DNA of 64,000 bases from Eledone cirrhosa (Eukaryota): contig OZ024742.1 of assembly GCA_964016885.1 (NCBI GenBank), positions 271,126,001 to 271,190,000 on the forward strand. The letters are read 5' to 3'. Below the pieces are notes generated by a model that saw only the letters and a list, made by a program, of their open reading frames with translations, searched no databases and was not told where the DNA came from. Of the stretch, positions 18,390 through 30,224 are shown piece after piece. Within the stretch, counting starts at the first letter, position 1, and each line of letters begins with the position of its first letter. A program made the position numbers and the translations under genes.

Positions 18390-19142
18390 GTTTGAGTTAT
18401 TTTTCCTAAATCTTACGTTAACTACTTTTCCCATCTTGACGTTATAGTCGCATATATGTTATAGAATGCTGTTAGCTTCTTGCTAAAACAATCTCTATAC
18501 CTCTCATTTATATTTATACTCGGATTCTTTTCCTAGAGTGCTTACACTATCTGTGACTAATCCCGGTTTTTTTCATAAAAAACTGTGATAATTATTGCTA
18601 TTTGCTGAACTCCTTTTGTAGAGTTTTTTTTTCTCAGAATGTATTTGACTGCTATTTCTTGTAAATAAACATTCACTTTCATCCTGACGTCACTAGCCCC
18701 GGTTTTTCCTCGTGTGCTTTTTCATAATTACACATGAAGGCGAACTAGCCAGTTTAGAATTCCCTTTTTCGGATTATAATACTGTGAGAGCCCTTGTTTT
18801 CTGTTGAGCTCTGCTGATGAATGAAATCCAACCGTGACCATCTCCACTGCAAGTTTTCATCAAATAGTCTTTTAAGACTATACAGAGCATTTGATGTTAT
18901 TCCAAATTGAAGGATAAGTGTTTCAAACTTTATTATATCATGAGTTAAAGGTCTATTGATTTTTCCCTTGATTTCACTAAATTCTGTGGATGAATTTATA
19001 TCCTGATTCTCTTTTGAGATGAGTTTGAGTTATTTTTCGTAAATCTTACGTTAACTACTTTTCCCATCTTGACGTTATAGTCGCATATATGTTATAGAAT
19101 GGTGTTAGCTTCTTGCTAAAACAATCTCTATAACTCTCATTT

Positions 19143-19143
<1 letters not shown>
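18390..19143. repeat. About 120-bp direct repeats flanking ~510 bp of unclassified sequence, embedded in (TA)n
   Basis: 18390-18510 resembles 19023-19143. Confidence 0.7.
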
Positions 19144-19199
<56 letters not shown>

Positions 19200-19279
19200 T
19201 ATATAAATATATATATTTATATATATATATATATATTTATATATATTTATATATATTTATATATATTTATATATATATT

Positions 19280-19310
<31 letters not shown>

Positions 19311-19325
19311 TTATATATATATATT

Positions 19326-19356
<31 letters not shown>

Positions 19357-19507
19357 TTATATATATATATTTATAAATATATATATATATTTATATATAT
19401 ATATTTATATATATATTTATATATATATATTTATATATATATTTATATATATATTTATATATATATTTATATATATATATATTTATATATATATTTATAT
19501 ATATATT

Positions 19508-19538
<31 letters not shown>

Positions 19539-19740
19539 TTATATATATATATATATTTATATATATATTTATATATATATATTTATATATATATATATAT
19601 TTATATATATATTTATATATATATATTTATATATATATATATATTTATATATATATTTATATATATATTTATATATATATATATTTATATATATATATAT
19701 CTATATATATATTTATATATATATATATATTTATATATAT
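19144..19740. repeat. (TA)n/(TTTATATA)n microsatellite
   Basis: Seen directly. Confidence 0.95.
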
Positions 19741-20045
19741 ATTGAAACAAAATGAAAACGAAATTTCATTTCTCACTCTTAGTATGGCACTTACTTAAAT
19801 GTAAGTATGCATGTATACGTACATACATATATGTATACAGACGTACAGTAGCATGCACATATATATATATATATATATATACATATATACATACATATGC
19901 ATACAGGTACACATACATATATGCACGTATCAGTTTAGCGGCGCTAACGTCGCTTTGTTCGTTTGTAAACAAACTGAACAGCCTGAATTTATGCCATACG
20001 GTGTTAAGGCAACCACGTCACCTTTTTGTTCAACACTGACACAGG

Positions 20046-20090
20046 AACGATGTACTAGTTTCAAGCTTGTTAGCTATCATCAGCACCGTT
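20046..20090 (-). ncRNA. Minimal type I hammerhead ribozyme (unit 1)
   Basis: aacggtg CTGATGA tagct aaca agctt GAAA ctag TA catcgtt. Confidence 0.9.
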
Positions 20091-20517
20091 TACCCATCTG
20101 CCAGATAGTTGAACGTTCGAAAGTATATACTTTCCTTATGAAAATTAACGGCTGAGCAGCCTAATTTGCATATTGAGTGAGTTAAATCGGTCAGGCATAC
20201 CGAAAACGATAAATTGAAACAAAATGAAAACGAAATTTCATTTCTCACTCTTAGTATGGCACTTACTTAAATGTAAGTATGCATGTATACGTACATACAT
20301 ATATGTATACAGACGTACAGTAGCATGCACATATATATATATATATATATATACATATATACATACATATGCATACAGGTACACATACATATATGCACGT
20401 ATCAGTTTAGCGGCGCTAACGTCGCTTTGTTCGTTTGTAAACAAACTGAACAGCCTGAATTTATGCCATACGGTGTTAAGGCAACCACGTCACCTTTTTG
20501 TTCAACACTGACACAGG

Positions 20518-20562
20518 AACGATGTACTAGTTTCAAGCTTGTTAGCTATCATCAGCACCGTT
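20518..20562 (-). ncRNA. Minimal type I hammerhead ribozyme (unit 2)
   Basis: Identical to unit 1. Confidence 0.9.
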
Positions 20563-20989
20563 TACCCATCTGCCAGATAGTTGAACGTTCGAAAGTATAT
20601 ACTTTCCTTATGAAAATTAACGGCTGAGCAGCCTAATTTGCATATTGAGTGAGTTAAATCGGTCAGGCATACCGAAAACGATAAATTGAAACAAAATGAA
20701 AACGAAATTTCATTTCTCACTCTTAGTATGGCACTTACTTAAATGTAAGTATGCATGTATACGTACATACATATATGTATACAGACGTACAGTAGCATGC
20801 ACATATATATATATATATATATATACATATATACATACATATGCATACAGGTACACATACATATATGCACGTATCAGTTTAGCGGCGCTAACGTCGCTTT
20901 GTTCGTTTGTAAACAAACTGAACAGCCTGAATTTATGCCATACGGTGTTAAGGCAACCACGTCACCTTTTTGTTCAACACTGACACAGG

Positions 20990-21034
20990 AACGATGTACT
21001 AGTTTCAAGCTTGTTAGCTATCATCAGCACCGTT
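20990..21034 (-). ncRNA. Minimal type I hammerhead ribozyme (unit 3)
   Basis: Identical to unit 1. Confidence 0.9.
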
Positions 21035-21461
21035 TACCCATCTGCCAGATAGTTGAACGTTCGAAAGTATATACTTTCCTTATGAAAATTAACGGCTGAG
21101 CAGCCTAATTTGCATATTGAGTGAGTTAAATCGGTCAGGCATACCGAAAACGATAAATTGAAACAAAATGAAAACGAAATTTCATTTCTCACTCTTAGTA
21201 TGGCACTTACTTAAATGTAAGTATGCATGTATACGTACATACATATATGTATACAGACGTACAGTAGCATGCACATATATATATATATATATATATACAT
21301 ATATACATACATAAGCATACAGGTACACATACATATATGCACGTATCAGTTTAGCGGCGCTAACGTCGCTTTGTTCGTTTGTAAACAAACTGAACAGCCT
21401 GAATTTATGCCATACGGTGTTAAGGCAACCACGTCACCTTTTTGTTCAACACTGACACAGG

Positions 21462-21506
21462 AACGATGTACTAGTTTCAAGCTTGTTAGCTATCATCAGC
21501 ACCGTT
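21462..21506 (-). ncRNA. Minimal type I hammerhead ribozyme (unit 4)
   Basis: Identical to unit 1. Confidence 0.9.
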
Positions 21507-21638
21507 TACCCATCTGCCAGATAGTTGAACGTTCGAAAGTATATACTTTCCTTATGAAAATTAACGGCTGAGCAGCCTAATTTGCATACATGCATACTTA
21601 TATATATATTTATATATATATATATCTATATATATATT

Positions 21639-21669
<31 letters not shown>

Positions 21670-21816
21670 TTATATATATATATATATATTTATATATATT
21701 TATATATATATATATTTATATATATTTATATATATTTATATATATATATATTTATATATATTTATATTTATATATATATTTATATATATTTATATATATA
21801 TATATATATTTATATA

Positions 21817-21857
<41 letters not shown>

Positions 21858-21888
21858 TTATATATATATATATATATTTATATATATT

Positions 21889-21937
<49 letters not shown>

Positions 21938-21999
21938 ATATATATATTATTAGTTATACTATTTATGGTTATGTAAATACAAAACCTTAAGCAGTTGTA

Positions 22000-23200
22000 A
22001 GTATTTTACACACACCCTAAATAGTGGTAGGCAGTATTGTATTACTACCTTATTACCAGTAAGTTAAGTAGCTCAATGTAAAAACATCAGATGATTTAGA
22101 GAGCAGTTTGCGAATTGACCTTTGGCCGGCCTGGGGATAATTATCTTTCGACATCAAATGTAGCAAGCGATGACCCAGATCTTACCAGAGATCATTGGGT
22201 CCTGAAGCAAGCCTGCAATCACCGCGCCTGGTCATATGAGCAGACTACAACCACAGAGATCAGTAATTTAGAATCCTCGCTCATCATCTATAATTTCCAT
22301 TTGTGGCACCTTAAGATGGGTTAATCCACCATAATAATATGATCACCTTCAGCATAACTTAATTAAACTACTCTATAGTTAATACACTTTATGCTTTAAA
22401 AATCTCTCTTGGAAGATGCGCATCACCATAGAATTTAGGGTCTATATTGGGACACATTTTAATGGCTAGATACAGAAACCCCAGAGTTACCTCCCCGCAT
22501 GCATTAACTCCCCTTAGCCACACACACACTTCCGGGCGGTATTCTATGGCGTTTCTAGAAACGTAACAACCCCCTGTATCGAACTAAAGAACACCAGACT
22601 ACGATCTCTAACGGGATTGTCGTGGATTATGTGAAGGGCATATAATCGAAAAATATACTCCCCTGACCATGAAAATGCCGAAGTACATGAAATACTTGAC
22701 ATGCCTGCGCTGTGCATCTCCATTACTTATAACACTTTTAATGCTTGCACTATCTTTAATGCTTATAATATTTCTCCACACACAGAATATATCAATCATA
22801 TAAAGAATTTGCCACCAGATCTACCAACCTAACACTCTTATTTACCTACCTAAGTGCCTCTACCACACATATCTCTCTGCCACACTATATAAACAAGACG
22901 CACATGCGTGCCACACATATAACATTTGCACTATATAACCGCTTATCTTCATGTTGTATTTTAACCTATACCTTTGATTTTTGATTGTACCTATTAATAT
23001 AAATGTAATCTCGAAGTGTGTACTGCCACTCTAAATTCTGTAATGAATGTTGACCCACAATGTTTGAATATGTATCAATGTTTGAATATGTATTGGTATG
23101 TCTCTCGGCTGAAAAGGAGGTCATATAACTGTCCATGCATTAATAAATTGCTCCGGAGAATACAAACCTCGGTTTGGAGGAAACAGCTGTAAGCACAATA
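22000..23200 (+). mobile_element. Highly decayed PLE-like 3' region with a degenerate HHR
   Basis: tgct CCGGAGA atacaaacc tc ggtttggag GAAA cagctg TA agca at 23149-23195; weak endonuclease-like C-terminus (HIKNLPPDL) near 22800. Confidence 0.35.
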
Positions 23201-23233
23201 ATGTTTTGAACAGTTCTTTGATTCTTATATTTC

Positions 23234-23509
<276 letters not shown>

Positions 23510-23514
23510 ATAAT

Positions 23515-23545
<31 letters not shown>

Positions 23546-23600
23546 TTATATATATTTATAATATTAAATAAATGGAAAACTGTATTTATAAAACCATATT

Positions 23601-23666
23601 TATTTCATTATATATATTTCGGGGATATCATATTAACAATATGCTATGCCTTCATCAGACAAAATA
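23601..23666 (-). ncRNA. Type I hammerhead ribozyme motif (inverted arm)
   Basis: Reverse complement of 27814-27879. Confidence 0.75.
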
Positions 23667-24026
23667 CAATATAAACAGTTTTATAGATAAATATATTCGA
23701 CATACCGTAATAAACATCAACTTCATTTGAAGAGGTTTACGCTAGCAGTGAAAATACAGAGAGAAAGAAAGAGAGAAAGAAAAGAGGGAAAAAAGAAAGA
23801 AAGAAAGACAAAACGAAGAAAAGGAAGAAAAAGAAGAAAAAGAAAAAGAAGAAATGCATGGGACAAAATAGAGAGATGGAAAAATAGATAAAGCGAAGAG
23901 CTTCATGTAAAGAGACAGAAAGAGATATATATATATAGAGAGAGAGGAAATAGAGATAGATACATATATATATATAGAAAATTAGGTAGTGGGAGGTCAT
24001 TTTGAGTAAGTGTATCAATGATACAT

Positions 24027-24057
<31 letters not shown>

Positions 24058-25450
24058 GCTCAAGTATTAATGTAAGGGAGATATACAGAGAGATATAGAG
24101 AGATATAGAGAGAGAAAAAAAAATTTAAAAATAGCCAGACATATTCGAGGCGTAGAAAACCCTATGTTTTAATGTATTAGTATTTATAAAACTTACACTA
24201 TATTGTAAATATCAGTATTCCTGAATGAAACAAGTATTCACAATGTGTGAAAATTCATTATCTTATGTTTAGTTTTAAAAAATTCATATGTTTATGTGAC
24301 AGCTACAAACATCAATGTGAATCCAACTGATTCACTCCGCAAACTCTAAGTTACCGGAAAACATTGTCAATGTGGTATAAAAATTTGAGCGTATTATTAT
24401 TCTTGCGATTACTCTACAAGATTATCTATCAAGCAGAAATAGAGAGCAGATTTCAATATACTAATCGAAAATATATATTATATTATAAACAAAGATAACA
24501 ATAATAATAATAATAAGTAAAAATATATAAAAATATAGAATAGAAAACTAAAAAAATATTACGAAAGAATATTACATAATAAAAATATTGCATATTAAAA
24601 ATACTACGTATTAAAAAATATTACGTATTAAAAATTTACATATAAAAATATTAAAAATAATTAAAAATAAAATAAAAAATAAAAATATTATAGAATACTA
24701 CCATACTAAAAGAATAAAAATAAAAATAAAAATAAAAATGAAAATAAAAATAAACCACAAAGAACAACCCTTCAAAGTTAATTGACAATATATTGCCAAG
24801 TTCATTACAAGACAAAGCCAAAAATTATCTATCAAATCACATCTAGCAAAGAATATCGCAAAAAGATTATGATGTCCAATAATGTCTACATATGTTCCTA
24901 TATTTAATATAGAAGTTTATCTAGTGTAAGGTTAATTCAAAAAATTTGGAGCATCGGCTTTTAGGGTAGCTTAATTTTTCATGAGGAATGTTTAGATAAA
25001 AATAAAAATAAATAAAATAAAATAAACAATAAAAAGAGTAAAAAGAGGGAATCAAAGATTTAGGAATCAAAAGATTTATCGGCTAGTTCTCATATAAATA
25101 TAAATCAAACTAAATATACTACATTTTAAATTTAAATTTATATTTAAACGTTGAGTTTAATCTGTTTGCAACAACTGAATAAATTTGTCCGTAGGTTAAG
25201 GGAATTTTTAGATTTTAGTATAAAGAATATCTCCTCTGCGCAGAGGTCACATGTCTCAGAGGATGAATTAAAAGGAATCCCTCTTGAGACTATATTCCAA
25301 GCCGTCGAATATCTAACGTTATCTAGCTTAAGTTGCCAGAGTACCCCTGATAGTGCCGTTGAAGATTTTTTATTTGGATCTGTGAAAGAATTCTTGTGGT
25401 TATTATAGCGAAGTTTAAATTCCGTCGATGTGGAACCGACGTAGTTAAAA

Positions 25451-26341
25451 AACACTATAGTAAACTCAGTCCAAAAACGTATCTCTAGGATCTCGTCGAA
25501 TAGAAAGATTTTTGACGAAAAGGCCCAATACTATAATGATGCACTAACTAGGGCAGGGTATGCTGATAAGATTGTATACATAGATAATGATAGACAAACT
25601 AAACAAAGTAACAACTTTTTTAATTACGGCAACAACATTAACAACTATAATAGAAAGCATTACAATAATTCCAAAGGACAAAAAAGAAATAGAACTAGGA
25701 ACATAATTTGGTTTGCCCCCCCTTTCTCACTAAACATTAAAACCCACATCGCTAAATTATTTTTCAAAGCTCTTGATAATCGCTTCCCTAGAACACATAG
25801 GTATCACTCAATCTTCAATAGGCATACAATTAAATTAACCTACTCATCCACCAAACATTTAGCACAAAATATTAATAGAATAAATAATAGGAACTTAAAA
25901 CCTACTGATAATAGCATAAATAATATACAAGTTAACAAATGTAACTGTAGAGATAGATCTAAATGTCCGTTAAATAACAACTGCTTAGTTAAAAATATAG
26001 TATACAATTGTAATGTTAATACTGACTCTAATTCTTTTAACTACGTCGGTTCCACATCGACGGAATTTAAACTTCGCTATAATAACCACAAGAATTCTTT
26101 CACAGATCCAAATAAAAAATCTTCAACGGCACTATCAGGGGTACTCTGGCAACTTAAGCTAGATAACGTTAGATATTCGACGGCTTGGAATATAGTCTCA
26201 AGAGGGATTCCTTTTAATTCATCCTCTGAGACATGTGACCTCTGCGCAGAGGAGATATTCTTTATACTAAAATCTAAAAATTCCCTTAACCTACGGACAA
26301 ATTTATTCAGTTGTTGCAAACAGATTAAACTCAACGTTTAA
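25451..26341 (+). CDS. Stop-free 5'-truncated PLE reading frame: RT thumb, linker and GIY-YIG (296 aa, no start codon)
   Basis: Manual translation: NTIVNSVQKRISRISS...YYNDALTRAGY...RNIIWFAPPFS...KCNCRDRSKCPLNNNCLVKNIVYNC...NYVGSTSTEFKLRYNNHKNSF...CDLCAEE...KLNV*. Confidence 0.85.
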   Translation, partial: NTIVNSVQKRISRISSNRKIFDEKAQYYNDALTRAGYADKIVYIDNDRQTKQSNNFFNYGNNINNYNRKHYNNSKGQKRNRTRNIIWFAPPFSLNIKTHIAKLFFKALDNRFPRTHRYHSIFNRHTIKLTYSSTKHLAQNINRINNRNLKPTDNSINNIQVNKCNCRDRSKCPLNNNCLVKNIVYNCNVNTDSNSFNYVGSTSTEFKLRYNNHKNSFTDPNKKSSTALSGVLWQLKLDNVRYSTAWNIVSRGIPFNSSSETCDLCAEEIFFILKSKNSLNLRTNLFSCCKQIKLNV

Positions 26342-27426
26342 ATATAAATTTAAATTTAAAATGTAGTATATTTAGTTTGATTTATATTTATATGAGAACT
26401 AGCCGATAAATCTTTTGATTCCTAAATCTTTGATTCCCTCTTTTTACTCTTTTTATTGTTTATTTTATTTTATTTATTTTTATTTTTATCTAAACATTCC
26501 TCATGAAAAATTAAGCTACCCTAAAAGCCGATGCTCCAAATTTTTTGAATTAACCTTACACTAGATAAACTTCTATATTAAATATAGGAACATATGTAGA
26601 CATTATTAGACATCATAATCTTTTTGCGATATTCTTTGCTAGATGTGATTTGATAGATAATTTTTGGCTTTGTCTTGTAATGAACTTGGCAATATATTGT
26701 CAATTAACTTTGAAGGGTTGTTCTTTGTGGTTTATTTTTATTTTCATTTTTATTTTTATTTTTATTTTTATTCTTTTAGTATGGTAGTATTCTATAATAT
26801 TTTTATTTTTTATTTTATTTTTAATTATTTTTAATATTTTTATATGTAAATTTTTAATACGTAATATTTTTTAATACGTAGTATTTTTAATATGCAATAT
26901 TTTTATTATGTAATATTCTTTCGTAATATTTTTTTAGTTTTCTATTCTATATTTTTATATATTTTTACTTATTATTATTATTATTGTTATCTTTGTTTAT
27001 AATATAATATATATTTTCGATTAGTATATTGAAATCTGCTCTCTATTTCTGCTTGATAGATAATCTTGTAGAGTAATCGCAAGAATAATAATACGCTCAA
27101 ATTTTTATACCACATTGACAATGTTTTCCGGTAACCTTGAGTTTGCGGAGTGAATCAGTTGGATTCACATTGATGTTTGTAGCTGTCACATAAACATATG
27201 AATTTTTTAAAACTAAACATAAGATAATGAATTTTCACACATTGTGAATACTTGTTTCATTCAGGAATACTGATATTTACAATATAGTGTAAGTTTTATA
27301 AATACTAATACATTAAAACATAGGGTTTTCTACGCCTCGAATATGTCTGGCTATTTTTAAATTTTTTTTCTCTCTCTATATCTCTCTATATCTCTCTATA
27401 TATCTCCCTTACATTAATACTTGAGC

Positions 27427-27457
<31 letters not shown>

Positions 27458-27813
27458 ATGTATCATTGATACATTTACTCAAAATGACCTCCCACTACCT
27501 AATGTTCTATATATATATATGTATCTCTATTTCCTCTCTCTCTATATATATATATCTCTTTCTGTCTCTTTACATGAAGCTCTTCGCTTTATCTATTTTT
27601 CCATCTCTCTATTTTGTCCCATGCATTTCTTCTTTTTCTTATTCTTCTTTTTCTTCCTTTTCTTCGTTTTGTCTTTCTTTCTTTCTTTTTTCCCTCTTTT
27701 CTTTCTCTCTTTCTTTCTCTCTGTATTTTCACTGCTAGCGTAAACCTCTTCAAATGAAGTTGATGTTTATTACGGTATGTCGAATATATTTATCTATAAA
27801 ACTGTTTATATTG

Positions 27814-27879
27814 TATTTTGTCTGATGAAGGCATAGCATATTGTTAATATGATATCCCCGAAATATATATAATGAAATA
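27814..27879 (+). ncRNA. Type I hammerhead ribozyme motif
   Basis: tattttgt CTGATGA aggcatagcatatt gtt aatatgatatcccc GAAA tatata TA atgaaata. Confidence 0.75.
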
Positions 27880-28010
27880 AATATGGTTTTATAAATATAG
27901 TTTTCCATTTATTTAATATTGTAAATATACTCCAAATATTTGTCGAGTGCTTTTATATCAGTTATAAATATTTACTAGTTGTAACCCAACAATTTTAAAT
28001 ATAACTTTAC

Positions 28011-28085
28011 ATATATATATTTATATATATTTATATATATATTTATATATATTTATATATATTTATATATATATTTATATATATT

Positions 28086-28118
<33 letters not shown>

Positions 28119-28235
28119 TTATATATATTTATATATATTTATATATATATATATATTTATATATATTTATATATATATATATATATTTATATATATTTAT
28201 ATATATATTTATATATATATATTTATATATATATT

Positions 28236-28271
<36 letters not shown>

Positions 28272-28279
28272 TATATATA

Positions 28280-28368
<89 letters not shown>

Positions 28369-28594
28369 ATTTATATATATATATTTATATATCTATATAT
28401 ATATATTTATATATATATATTTATATATATAATTATATATATATTATATATATATTTATATATATTTAAATATATATTTATATATTTATATATATTTATA
28501 TATATATTTATATATATATATATATATATTTACATATATATTTATATATATTTATATATATATTTATATATTTATATATATTTATATATATATT

Positions 28595-28627
<33 letters not shown>

Positions 28628-28784
28628 TCATATATATTTATATATATATTTATATATTTATATATATTTATATATATATTTATATATATATTTATATATA
28701 TTTATATATATATTTATATATTTATATATATTTATATATATATTTATATATATATATATATTTATATATATATTTATATATATT

Positions 28785-28819
<35 letters not shown>

Positions 28820-28880
28820 TTATATATATTTATATATATTTATATATATTTATATATATTTATATATATTTATATATATT

Positions 28881-28913
<33 letters not shown>

Positions 28914-28948
28914 ATATTTATATATATTTATATATATATATATATATA
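28011..28948. repeat. (TA)n/(TTTATATA)n microsatellite
   Basis: Seen directly. Confidence 0.95.
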
Positions 28949-28969
28949 TGACAAATAGACATATATAAA

Positions 28970-29262
28970 TATATATTCAAAATTAAATTAAGGGTGTCAT
29001 TTTCGAGAAACATGCGCCATATCCACTGTATAATATGCTCAAAGATTCCAATGAATACATCCAAACATTTTATATCGACTAGAAATTGATTGACATATAT
29101 ATATAAAAAAAACATATGAAACAATCACAGGGAATAATTTGTAAAGTGTGTAAGCACACACATCTATGTAGGTAACTAATTAACGTTTAACTAAAACTTT
29201 AGTTACCTACCTAGCTCTGTGTGCTTACACACTTTACAAATTATTCCGTGATTGTTTCATAT
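28970..29262 (-). repeat. Inverted copy of the 14.8/15.3-kb repeat ending in a ~65-bp fold-back
   Basis: tatgaaacaatcac..gtaggtaactaa / ttagttacctac..gtgattgtttcata, centre near 29190. Confidence 0.7.
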
Positions 29263-29758
29263 TATATCTATAATATTACAAAGCTGAGTGTCGTGTGTAT
29301 GTATTATGTATGTATCCTACACACCTCCCTATAGTTTGTTAGCTTTACTCTCTCAGTCGCTCTTCCCTATCATTCTTCCTCTCTATAATTTAACTGCTTT
29401 ACTCTCTCTGTCGCTCTTCACTCTCAAATATTATAAAGCTGAGCGTCGTCGTATGTCTCTCTCTCCTTTTTTCACCCTCTCTATAATGTAACTGATTTAA
29501 TCTCAGTCTCTCTTCACTCTCTATATGAAAATTCTCTTTTACTTTCCGTAGAGATGAGCGTCGTATGTAAATTCGGTCAACACATATGTATCCTACACAC
29601 CTGACTATAGTTTCTTAGCGTTACTCTCTCCGGCGCTCTTCCCTCTCTTTATAATAGATAATTGCACCTCTCTATAATTTAACTAATTTCCTCTCTCTGT
29701 CGCTCTTCACTCTCTAATATTGTACGGCTGTATACATATATGTATGTACGTATATATA

Positions 29759-29822
<64 letters not shown>

Positions 29823-30224
29823 TATATACATGCCATAGATACAAATCTTTTAACTCACCATTTAATCTGGTATTCCATCTTCTTGTCTTTGAGGTCGCAG
29901 ATCAAGTCCGCCAGTCTTGTTTTGGAGCGTTTGGGCCTCCTTTTAAAGGACGTTTTGTGGTTAAACCAACGGTCCTTAAACGTAGTCGTGGTCGCCCCTA
30001 TGTAGGAGCATTCTTTCGGCCGACTGTCACATCGAACCGGTAAATATTGTTTTTAACGAAGTACACCCGCCTTTTGCAGTTGCACCCGCCTTTTGCAGTT
30101 GCATTTGGGGCTTATGGGATTGTTGTTACGTTGCCGGTTGTTTGTATTCTTCATGGAGGTGGCACGTAGGTTGTTGTGTTGTGTTTTCTGTTTTGGCTTG
30201 GTTGTGGTGCTTTCATGTGTTTCA

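Larger units (their letters stand above)
19741..21587 (-). mobile_element. Tandem array of near-identical 472-bp HHR-bearing units (retrozyme-like), about 3.9 copies
   Basis: Units start at 19741, 20213, 20685 and 21157; ORF track repeats at a 472-bp offset; one HHR per unit on the minus strand; no credible coding. Confidence 0.85.
23551..28010 (+). mobile_element. Young 5'-truncated PLE forming a ~4.4-kb fold-back (about 1.9-kb inverted arms)
   Basis: 23551-25450 is the near-identical reverse complement of 26035-27929; spacer about 585 bp; (TA)n on both sides. Confidence 0.9.

Noticed and set aside
20164-20171. Octamer motif ATTTGCAT in each 472-bp unit (also near 57003 and 57138) as an snRNA-type promoter
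   Set aside because: An 8-mer alone in AT-rich DNA; no PSE or snRNA body recognised
19741-21587. CRISPR array or repeated small protein genes (95, 114 and 68 aa)
   Set aside because: Whole units are identical with no unique spacers and no cas genes; the ORFs cross microsatellite and are not preserved in the 15.7 and 57 kb copies
23551-27929. DNA transposon, MITE or Polinton with long terminal inverted repeats
   Set aside because: The arms include half of the GIY-YIG frame and the pLTR; there is no transposase or polymerase, so a retroelement inversion fits better
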